DNA of 64,000 nt from Nitrospira sp. (lineage in GTDB: Bacteria; Nitrospirota; Nitrospiria; Nitrospirales; Nitrospiraceae). Positions 30,078-37,504 of the stretch are shown piece by piece. How positions within the stretch are numbered: the first letter of the stretch is position 1; the number at the start of each line of letters is the position of its first letter. Below the pieces are notes generated by a model, which had not been told where the DNA came from, made no database searches, and worked only from the letters and a program-made list of their open reading frames with translations. Where the stretch lies: positions 11,888 through 75,887 of the forward strand of contig JAFEBI010000006.1 of the NCBI GenBank assembly GCA_018242725.1, in the 5' to 3' direction. Made by a program: the position numbers and the translations under genes.

Positions 30078-30254
30078 GTGTATGACCTACATACGTTCGC
30101 TCTGAGCCCGTTGAAGGGCGACCAAGTATCACGAGAGGGTTAAGGCCAATACTGGTTTCAGTCTCTATCCCGTCCCATGATTTCCAGTTGACCTGAGTCT
30201 GACCGCAGGCATACCCTTTGGAACATCATTATTATTCACACTGAGTCATCCGTC

Positions 30255-30518
30255 ATGCGAACCTTCTTGTTCCTCTGCTCGGCGCTCTCCCTTCTCATCT
30301 CCGCGCACAAGTTTTCACTGGTCGATGCGAGCGGGCAGTACAAGGGCGCCTTATTCTTTCTCCTTCTCGGCATCCAGATGCTGATCACCGGGGCCCTCAT
30401 CGGTGATCACCAAGACGAGCGAGATCTCAAGTCACAGATGGAGACGGAGAAGAAAAACTGTGAAGGAACCGCTTCGCGCGTGACGAACCAAGCAGCAGAA
30501 CAGAGACGAGAGTCTTAA
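30255..30518 (+). CDS. Hypothetical small membrane protein
   Basis: 87-aa ORF with two hydrophobic segments and a charged tail. No RBS seen. Core-like GC. Confidence 0.3.
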   Translation: MRTFLFLCSALSLLISAHKFSLVDASGQYKGALFFLLLGIQMLITGALIGDHQDERDLKSQMETEKKNCEGTASRVTNQAAEQRRES

Positions 30519-30962
30519 CAGACCGTGCCTAAGGCACCTGAATCGGCGGTTAGGTCGATGGAAGTATGATGCCGTCGTAAGCGTACGAGGCATGAGCGAA
30601 AACCCGTTTTCCAGAAAGGTTGTTTATACCTGCCAATTTTCAGCAATCTACCTCCTTGCAGTTTTAGCCGCCCGGCTCAATAACTCGCACCTAAGTGTTC
30701 AAAATCAGCTGATCGACTTCAATGCGATTGTGAACTGCTCCGAGAGCAGGCTCAGTAAAAAGCTCATTCCAAGGGCAACGATGGAAGCAGTGTTGTCATG
30801 AACAAGATCGGCTATACGCCTGGAGTTATAAAGAGTGTGTGACCTTGGCCGGGAATATGTCCACAACAGTGACTTGATGCTCTTCAAGATGGGATGCGTC
30901 AGCCATGCAGGCACTGGCACCCCCAATGGCAGTCCGAATCCTCTCCTGAATCCATGCTGTAT

Positions 30963-30987
30963 CTAATCAGATTCAGTATCTGATTGG
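30963..30987. promoter_or_regulatory. Inverted repeat (candidate operator) in the low-GC spacer
   Basis: AATCAGAT-TCAGT-ATCTGATT is a perfect 8-bp inverted repeat with a 5-nt spacer (30965-30985). It extends to 10 bp with one mismatch. Confidence 0.3.
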
Positions 30988-31042
30988 ATTCACTGTCGCG
31001 AAATAATCCCCTACCGAACTAGCTCGGGATCGTTTTGATCTA

Positions 31043-31067
31043 TCACTGTAAATATTACGTACAGTGA
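31043..31067. promoter_or_regulatory. Inverted repeat (candidate operator) upstream of the PEP-CTERM genes
   Basis: TCACTGTA-AATATTACG-TACAGTGA is a perfect 8-bp inverted repeat with a 9-nt spacer, about 240 nt upstream of the ATG at 31306. Confidence 0.3.
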
Positions 31068-31305
31068 CAAATTCTTCGCTCAAAAATGAAACGCGAAAGA
31101 ATATTCAGCGCTTAGTTATAGTGGCGGCGTGAAACACTATCTGCATGTGCTCGTACGAGTGTAAGTAAACTTTACAGTTCACACCACCCAGCTAATCACA
31201 CCATCGAGTGTTTCAAAATGTTATTGGTTGGCCCGTATTTTGCCTGTTCTTAGTCGGGCTTTAGCATATTCATTTATTGCGGTCACTATTGGTAAGGAGT
31301 TCAGC

Positions 31306-31791
31306 ATGATTATGATTTGTCCATGGAGCAATAAGTCTTGCCTGATTACTATCTTGCTCGCTGCACTCGTGTTCCTCTGGACTTCGGCTGCCCATGCCAT
31401 CCCTAGCACTGGCAACTATGAATTCACCGGAGATTTAACAGGGACGTTTCATTCTACGGGGACTAGCCTAGATGAATGGAGTTTTTCTGATCCAATCGGT
31501 TACCTGTGGAGTAGCCAGGCGAACGACCAAACAACGCTTCAAAACGATCAGTCAACCTTTAGCCTGGCTAATGCACCTTCAGGACTCAATGAGATTATGT
31601 TTGATTGGAGACAAACAACCGTGTTTGGGTTGGGCGATGCCGGGAGCGAGGCCACCCAATTTGATGTCTTCGCACAGTTCTCACCTGTCGCGGTCTCCGC
31701 GGTGCCCGAACCGTCAACCGTCCTGCTGTTACTGACCGGGTTGGGCCTAGTTGCGGGCTATGGGTGGCGGCAACGGCGTCAGACCTGGTGA
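31306..31791 (+). CDS. PEP-CTERM sorting-domain protein (small, unknown passenger domain)
   Basis: AAGGAG RBS, signal peptide (..FLWTSAAHA). C-terminal VPEP + hydrophobic helix + RQRRQ is the PEP-CTERM architecture. Confidence 0.8.
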   Translation: MIMICPWSNKSCLITILLAALVFLWTSAAHAIPSTGNYEFTGDLTGTFHSTGTSLDEWSFSDPIGYLWSSQANDQTTLQNDQSTFSLANAPSGLNEIMFDWRQTTVFGLGDAGSEATQFDVFAQFSPVAVSAVPEPSTVLLLLTGLGLVAGYGWRQRRQTW

Positions 31792-31798
31792 CGCCGTT
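31772..31798 (+). terminator. Perfect 10-bp hairpin overlapping the stop codon of the first PEP-CTERM gene
   Basis: AACGGCGTCA-GACCTGG-TGACGCCGTT. The TGA stop (31789-31791) lies in the 3' arm. Only a short T run follows. Attenuator or terminator is possible. Confidence 0.35.
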
Positions 31799-31848
31799 TG
31801 CAGGTTCATCCACGTATTCAAATCAAGTAAAGACATGAGGTGCGAAAC

Positions 31849-32478
31849 ATGAAGGCCGTAACTGTGCGATTTCTGCTAGTAACATTGTTCGTCATTGGCC
31901 TTGTAATCCAAGAAGCCAAGGCGATTTCGCTCTCCTTCCAGCTGAGCTCGTCTTCGGCCACTGTCGGCGATACGGTGACGCTTAGCGCCGTGATCGGAGG
32001 GCTTGGTGACTTCACAAGTCCATCCTTGGGGGCGTTTGACTTCAACATTGATTTCGATCCCTCACTCGTGGCGTTGACGGCTTCGCCGATCACGTTCAGC
32101 ACGTTGTTGGGCGATGAGGGGGTGGGGGAATCACTGTCTGGGAGCAGTGCGACTGCGGGGTCGGTCAATCTGTTTGCTCTCTCATTTTTAACAGCGTTAG
32201 AGTTGAATGCCCTGCAACCCAGCAGTTTTACGCTGGCGACCCTGTCGTTTAAAGCGCTGGATTCCGGCGTGAATACCTTCACCTTTCCCACTTCCACTGC
32301 CATCTTGGGTGATGGAATCGGCGATCCATTGATCGCGACGCTTGGAAGCTCAATCCTGACCATTACCCCGATCACTCCTCCTCCGACCGGGGTGCCGGAG
32401 CCGGCGAGCGTGCTGCTGTTTGGGATTGGAATAGTGGCATTAGGAATGGCAAAAGCCTATGGTCTGAGGGCTAGGTAG
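31849..32478 (+). CDS. PEP-CTERM-anchored cohesin-like domain protein
   Basis: Signal peptide (..VIQEAKA). Cohesin-type pattern VGDTVTLSAVIGGLGDFTSPSLGAFDFNIDFDPSLVAL ... FTLATLSFKALDSGVNTFTF. PPPTG linker. VPEP + TM + basic tail (32392-32478). Confidence 0.75.
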   Translation: MKAVTVRFLLVTLFVIGLVIQEAKAISLSFQLSSSSATVGDTVTLSAVIGGLGDFTSPSLGAFDFNIDFDPSLVALTASPITFSTLLGDEGVGESLSGSSATAGSVNLFALSFLTALELNALQPSSFTLATLSFKALDSGVNTFTFPTSTAILGDGIGDPLIATLGSSILTITPITPPPTGVPEPASVLLFGIGIVALGMAKAYGLRAR

Positions 32479-32726
32479 TCATATGGTGTGCACTGAGCAG
32501 GGTAGTGATGATTAAGCCATGAGTGAGCCTGGCGGGTCAAATGTTCTGTGACGAGGGGTACGTCGTGTGAGTGAGAGACTGAAATGTGTCCGATGATGTG
32601 GCCAACGGATCTAGTCGTTTCAGGTCATCCGATGTCGGACATCTTGACAATTCCGTTCTTCGACATGACTGGGGCCGCGTTGGTGTTGTTCTGTGATGGT
32701 TGTTTCGAATTCTCACGAGGGGGATT

Positions 32727-35363
32727 ATGCGTAAACTGATATGGACCAATATTTCAATCTGGTCAATGCTGGGGGCAGTACTGCTTCTTGCAGCTCCCGG
32801 GTTTGCGAGTGTCTTTTATGATTACAAGAAAATTGCGGCCACGGGTGAAAATGGTATTACCGCAATTCAACCAGGAGTGTCAGTGAATGCGCAGGGAAGG
32901 GTAGCGTTTCAGGCTACTAAGGATGGCCGCGATAATGTCTTCGTTAGTGAGGGGACAGCGGCGGTTGACCTTCGTAACATTACCGCGAATCCGACCAGTG
33001 CCAGGCTCTTCAATGGCGGCGTACAGATCAATGATAATAATCAGGTAATTTCTCGAGATCGAATCGGCACTGCCTTGGGTCCTGAGTTTAGGCTGAGAAT
33101 CTGGGACTCCAACCTAACAACAGGTGCATTTATTAGTACGTTAGTGACCTGTGGCGGGTCATTTGGGAGCTGCCTCACTGTCCTTCCAAATCCAAGTTTG
33201 AGCAACGGTTCCTCTCCTCTTTTTGCTGCGAACATTGGGTTTTTAAGCGGCGGTATTTATGTGTGCAAGGATCTACTCTGCCCAATTGGTGGCGCTGGCC
33301 CGTTCGGGAGCGGACAATTTAAGGCCCCTCTCATTGCCACTTCAGGTGATTTCGTCATACGTAACGGCGATACAGCAACGAGTCCAATATCGGTCATTAA
33401 AACTGGCACTACATTCGATATTGCCTTTAGTGGGCTGGGGTGGACGGCTTTGGGAGCGAAACCGGGAATAAGCGACGATGGCTCAGTTGTCGCATTCGCA
33501 GGAAACAGAGGTTCCGGCGAGGGAGTTTTTACGAGCATTCAGTGGGGACCTAATTACGGTGATCGGACCACGGTAAGAGTAGCGGGCGAAGGGTTAACGG
33601 TGGGATTTCCTGACTTGGGCGCTGACCTGGTGGTTGGTAATGCGAGGTATTTTTCTCAGGTTTCAATAGACGAGCGAATTGGAGTAACTCGACATGTTGC
33701 TGAGGCTAGCGATCCTACTGGGTTAAAAGAGACCATCGTCGTTTCGTTCTTAGCAACGCCCAACTTAAAGAGTCCTACAAATTCATATATAAGTGGGTTG
33801 GTATTTTCGGACCAGCTGGCTTTATGGACAAGAAGAATTGATGTGATGGATTGGAACTCTTCAATGCCACTGCTCTTCAATGAAGTGGCTTTGACTGGTA
33901 GTCTCAAGCTTGTATATCACTATCCGATTCCAGTCGCTCAAGTTGGCGAGAAGATTCTAATTGGCCCAGAGGAGCTTCTGATTAGTGGATTGGTAGTCCA
34001 TGATCCACTTTCTACGGATAAAATAGGGCGAAATGATTCTGTAGGAAACCCAATGACCAAAAGACCTGGTGACCATTTTGTAGTGTTTATGGCACAAAGT
34101 GGAACCAGTCAGGTTATCCTTCGTGCTGATCACCAAAGCGCTTGTATTCTTTTTGTTCAACGGCTAGCGCAGGGTGGGAATGTTGCTGATGATCCAGTTG
34201 ACTGGCAAGGTGAAAGATTAGATACGCATTTACGGTGGCTAGAACCCCCTGTAGGAACACAAGGAACTATTGGGAAAAGAGGCTGCGTGTTGACTGCTTT
34301 TACCATGCAAATGAACTATGCAGCCGAGCATAGCGGAATCAGGCTTCTTAGTAACCCAGGTTTCATGAACGATGTGCTTAAGGGTGTTCCTGGCGCATTC
34401 AGCATAGGCATTGATTATGACGATCCAGGTGCTGACCTCAAGCGTGATGTTGCAGCCGAGGAATACGTGAAATCTCAGCTTAAGCCAATGGCACCAGGGG
34501 ATCCGAAAGTGGCAGGGATTATGTTTGATGAAACGGTAAAGTACTCTACAAGCCCAGCTGCACAATTGTACTTGAAAGACATGCTATGTAACAGCGGGTT
34601 GCCAATTGAAATAAGGGTTAAGGGTAGTGATGGCACGGACTATGCCCATTCTGTGCTAGTGACAGGGACCGTAAACGATAGATTCATTATTGTTGATCCT
34701 GGACACAGAGATAGGAGCTCGCTGTCTGGCCCCCCCTATGATGGGAAATATCGTACTAAGGGTGTAATTACCGATCCGCCAAACAAAAGTAAGGTAATTG
34801 TTTCAATAGGTAGCAACGCGGACATTGACGTCAGTAACGATCAAGGGTTGCATACAAATGCTGGTCAGGCAGGTATACCACTGTCAGTTTATGACACCGA
34901 TTTGGGTGTTGATGAAGAATCGACTGCGCCCCAGGTGCCGACTATAATGAGGTATGTCAGCATTAAGCAGCCGCAGAATGCCCAATATACGATTGTCATT
35001 AAAGGTTTGCGAGCTGGGCCATTCAAGCTTGAAGTTGCTATCATTGAACCAGATGGGACTGTTCAGCCACGGATAATCTTTGACGGTACTGCAACAGCAG
35101 GATCCACCCAATCACTACAACTAAAAGTTGACACTGCGATAAGCGGGAATTCCACACTGACCTCGACGCCAAGTATTTCTGGCGACCTCGATGGCGACAG
35201 TGACATCGACAAGAATGATATCGCAGTCATTCTGGCGGCTAAAGGGACTGCCGCCTCCGGTCCGAATGATCCCCGCGACATCGATAAGGATGGCAAGATC
35301 ACAATTCTCGACGCCAGAAAGCTGAGCACGATGTGTACTAGACTGAACTGCGCGACCCAATAG
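32727..35363 (+). CDS. Secreted multidomain protein: repeat-rich N-terminal region, papain-like cysteine peptidase domain, beta-sandwich, C-terminal dockerin-like module
   Basis: GAGGGGG RBS before the ATG at 32727, signal peptide. Recurrent P.INN.G.VAF-type repeats in the first ~480 aa. GCVLTAFTMQMNY (Cys codon 34284), AHSVLVTG (His codon 34647), FIIVDPG (Asp codon 34695). GDLDGDSDIDKND..DIDKDGKITILD at 35181-35324. Markedly low GC. Confidence 0.75.
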   Translation: MRKLIWTNISIWSMLGAVLLLAAPGFASVFYDYKKIAATGENGITAIQPGVSVNAQGRVAFQATKDGRDNVFVSEGTAAVDLRNITANPTSARLFNGGVQINDNNQVISRDRIGTALGPEFRLRIWDSNLTTGAFISTLVTCGGSFGSCLTVLPNPSLSNGSSPLFAANIGFLSGGIYVCKDLLCPIGGAGPFGSGQFKAPLIATSGDFVIRNGDTATSPISVIKTGTTFDIAFSGLGWTALGAKPGISDDGSVVAFAGNRGSGEGVFTSIQWGPNYGDRTTVRVAGEGLTVGFPDLGADLVVGNARYFSQVSIDERIGVTRHVAEASDPTGLKETIVVSFLATPNLKSPTNSYISGLVFSDQLALWTRRIDVMDWNSSMPLLFNEVALTGSLKLVYHYPIPVAQVGEKILIGPEELLISGLVVHDPLSTDKIGRNDSVGNPMTKRPGDHFVVFMAQSGTSQVILRADHQSACILFVQRLAQGGNVADDPVDWQGERLDTHLRWLEPPVGTQGTIGKRGCVLTAFTMQMNYAAEHSGIRLLSNPGFMNDVLKGVPGAFSIGIDYDDPGADLKRDVAAEEYVKSQLKPMAPGDPKVAGIMFDETVKYSTSPAAQLYLKDMLCNSGLPIEIRVKGSDGTDYAHSVLVTGTVNDRFIIVDPGHRDRSSLSGPPYDGKYRTKGVITDPPNKSKVIVSIGSNADIDVSNDQGLHTNAGQAGIPLSVYDTDLGVDEESTAPQVPTIMRYVSIKQPQNAQYTIVIKGLRAGPFKLEVAIIEPDGTVQPRIIFDGTATAGSTQSLQLKVDTAISGNSTLTSTPSISGDLDGDSDIDKNDIAVILAAKGTAASGPNDPRDIDKDGKITILDARKLSTMCTRLNCATQ

Positions 35364-35374
35364 CATAGAATCCT

Positions 35375-35409
35375 GAGGAGGGGCTCTCTTCTGAAGAGAG
35401 CCCCTCCTC
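35375..35409 (+). terminator. Strong hairpin after the dockerin-protein gene
   Basis: GAGGAGGGGCTCTCTTC / GAAGAGAGCCCCTCCTC form a near-perfect 17-bp palindrome 12 nt after the stop. No U-tract. Confidence 0.5.
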
Positions 35410-35436
35410 CTGCGCACCAATTGAGGAAGTTGTGGT

Positions 35437-35727
35437 ATGAGATGTCTCGTTCAGATGAAGAAAGCGGCTATAGGCGGTGTATCATGTCTATTCCTGGCGG
35501 GGGCCTTAAGCTGTGGACCTGGTGGCTCCCCAGCAGGGTCAGAGGGAACCAGTAGCTCCCCGCCGAGGAAAGCGGTCGTTACGGATTATCCAAGGGCAGC
35601 AGAGCTGGTTCAGAATGCACCAACTCCTCCCCAACCTCGTGTCGAGGTCACGGATGATTGCCTTGCTTTTCTTATGAATAAACATCCACGCGCCACTGCT
35701 TGCGACAACCCTCCCAAGGCCCCCTGA
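35437..35727 (+). CDS. Hypothetical small secreted/lipoprotein-like protein
   Basis: GAGGAAG RBS. N-terminal hydrophobic segment ending ..LAGALSCG (non-canonical lipobox). Pro/Ser-rich. Confidence 0.45.
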   Translation: MRCLVQMKKAAIGGVSCLFLAGALSCGPGGSPAGSEGTSSSPPRKAVVTDYPRAAELVQNAPTPPQPRVEVTDDCLAFLMNKHPRATACDNPPKAP

Positions 35728-35734
35728 AATCATC

Positions 35735-35998
35735 TCATTGATGGCTGCCGCCATCGACTGATGTCAGCGGAATAGACCCTTGTCTGGGAAAGCGATCACA
35801 GTATCTTGACAGCGAGGGTGGTTGCCGCACGCTGACGATGGTTTTCAGATCGGGTCTATGGTGGGTGGGATATTTGGATCCATCGAGCTCACTGAGTGGA
35901 TATGACAGTTTCTGACGCATCTGAGGAACGGTAGGTTCCAATTTAGCCAGCTTCCCAGGAGCTTCATACCCGAGCTTCCAGTCTGCACGCCAGCCCAT
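35735..35998 (-). CDS. Hypothetical protein, short diverged paralogue of ORF 36887-37204
   Basis: The segment LAKLEPTVPQMRQKLSYPLSELDGSKYPTHHRPD aligns with LELETPVPHMRQKLSIPLSELEVSEDSTHYTRDPD of the downstream ORF. About 70% nt identity over ~100 bp by hand. No RBS. May be a remnant. Confidence 0.3.
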   Translation of the reverse strand: MGWRADWKLGYEAPGKLAKLEPTVPQMRQKLSYPLSELDGSKYPTHHRPDLKTIVSVRQPPSLSRYCDRFPRQGSIPLTSVDGGSHQ

Positions 35999-36078
35999 AG
36001 CACGGTGTATCGTGCTTCTTCATGATGAACGTGTTGGATTTTGTACAATCGAGCGTGACATGCTATGAATAGCACGTC

Positions 36079-36810
36079 ATGAACGAGCTCCTCACCTCTA
36101 TTGCCACAAAGAAGAGGCAACTCGACGCGTTGCGTCCTCTATCAGGCGCGGCCTTGTTGGCTCTACAGAAATCCTATGATGTGGACTTGACCTATACGTC
36201 CAACGCCATTGAAGGCAATACGCTGACCTTGCGAGAAACGGCGGAGCTGATCGAGCATGGGATTACCGTCGGGGGAAAACCCTTGCGCGATCATCTCGAA
36301 GCAATCGATCACTACGAGGCGGTCATTTGGATGCGCGAACTGGCAGCCAAAACGACACCGATTGCTGAAAACACCGTGCGCGAGTTGCACCGACGTCTTG
36401 TGTCCCGCAGTCAGCCTGAGATCGGCGGGATGTACAGTACCCTTCCCCGCCGCATTGCCGGTTCCCCAGTGGTCTTTCCGAATGCGGTGAAAATTCCCGA
36501 GCTGATGCAGGCCTATGGCGAATGGATTTCGCAAGCGGCATCAGAACCGGCAGCCAGCTTTGATGCGCATTACCGGCTTGTGGCCATTCACCCGTTTGCG
36601 GATGGCAACGGGCGTACGGCCAGGCTGGTGATGAATATCTTGCTCTTGCGTGGCGGATATCCACCGGTTGCTGTACGACCGGAAGACCGAAAAGCCTACC
36701 TTGATACACTTGAGCATGCGTCGATGAAGGACGATCTGACGCCCTTTCAGGATTTCATGCACCAACGGCTGGACGCAACATTGGGAGAGTATCTCACTGC
36801 CTTGCAGTAG
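36079..36810 (+). CDS. fic: Fic family protein (class II, intramolecular inhibitory helix)
   Basis: Fic core motif HPFADGNGRTAR (36589-36624). N-terminal S-x-x-x-E-G inhibitory motif SNAIEG (36199-36216). Confidence 0.9.
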   Translation: MNELLTSIATKKRQLDALRPLSGAALLALQKSYDVDLTYTSNAIEGNTLTLRETAELIEHGITVGGKPLRDHLEAIDHYEAVIWMRELAAKTTPIAENTVRELHRRLVSRSQPEIGGMYSTLPRRIAGSPVVFPNAVKIPELMQAYGEWISQAASEPAASFDAHYRLVAIHPFADGNGRTARLVMNILLLRGGYPPVAVRPEDRKAYLDTLEHASMKDDLTPFQDFMHQRLDATLGEYLTALQ

Positions 36811-36886
36811 GCACGATCTTGGGTCTGCGAAAGGCTCTGAGCCTCGCAATATCCAGTACGATCTGCAACTATCCTCCAGCTCATAC

Positions 36887-37204
36887 TCAATACACAATGG
36901 CCGGGCGCTTGCCTTTGACGATCAATAGTAGCCGTTTAAATTGTAATGGTTTATCGGGGTCGCGCGTATAGTGGGTGGAATCTTCGGAGACCTCAAGCTC
37001 ACTGAGCGGGATGGATAGTTTCTGACGCATATGGGGCACGGGAGTTTCCAGCTCCAAATCGACTAACTGTTCAGTGCACCCGGTCACGACAGTATTGATA
37101 TCGCGTTGATCGTCGAACTGCACAGTGATCCGCTCCTCCGGATTGATCCATGGTGTGATGAGGGCTAACTTTTCTGTGCGGTTCATATGCGCGGGGCTGT
37201 CCAT
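36887..37204 (-). CDS. Hypothetical protein (paralogue of 35735-35998)
   Basis: ORF extends to 37270, but GGAG lies 8 nt before the ATG at 37204. No recognisable family. Convergent with fic. Confidence 0.45.
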   Translation of the reverse strand: MDSPAHMNRTEKLALITPWINPEERITVQFDDQRDINTVVTGCTEQLVDLELETPVPHMRQKLSIPLSELEVSEDSTHYTRDPDKPLQFKRLLLIVKGKRPAIVY

Positions 37205-37291
37205 CTCACAGTCTCCGGTTTCGATGACACGGCTCGTGATTGTTTGGCGGATGGGCCTGTTGTACCACACAAGGCGTGGGTATGTCCCTAA

Positions 37292-37480
37292 CCCGCATTA
37301 TTCATGAACACTTCTGCTGCAATCGCCCATCCGCTGTTGCGACAGGCCGATGGCCTGCGGGCTCGCCCCTCGGACCTTCGACGTACTGCACGAGTACGCC
37401 TCAGGTCCTCTAGGCTCCGCGCGCCGGTCTCACGACGCGACTTGGCGATTTCGCGACGAACTGTCATGAGTAATACGGGC
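37292..37480. repeat. 189-bp imperfect palindrome (MITE/REP-like or long terminator hairpin)
   Basis: Outer arms CCCGCATTATTCATGAACACTTCTGCTGCAATCGCC vs the reverse complement of GGCGATTTCGCGACGAACTGTCATGAGTAATACGGGC. Inner arms GGACCT../..AGGTCC and CGTACT-GCACG-AGTACG. Its core resembles the core of the 21613/25981 repeats. Confidence 0.6.
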
Positions 37481-37504
37481 TGAGGCTGTTCCCCTGCTCG
37501 GGTT

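Noticed and set aside
30078-30254. tRNA gene, integrase or att-like direct repeats marking the island boundary.
   Set aside because: No cloverleaf or T-loop (GTTCGAATC-like) sequence and no integrase or transposase ORF seen anywhere between 30.0 and 38.9 kb. No matching direct repeats noticed at the two ends.
30592-30926. Two overlapping opposite-strand ORFs (69 and 73 aa) in the AT-rich spacer.
   Set aside because: They mutually overlap, lack an RBS and show no family resemblance, with low-complexity composition. They are probably non-coding or decayed remnants.
31043-31067. LexA/SOS box (CTGT...ACAG).
   Set aside because: The spacing is CTGT-N11-ACAG rather than the N8 of the gammaproteobacterial consensus. 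No DNA-repair gene lies downstream. It is retained only as a generic inverted repeat.
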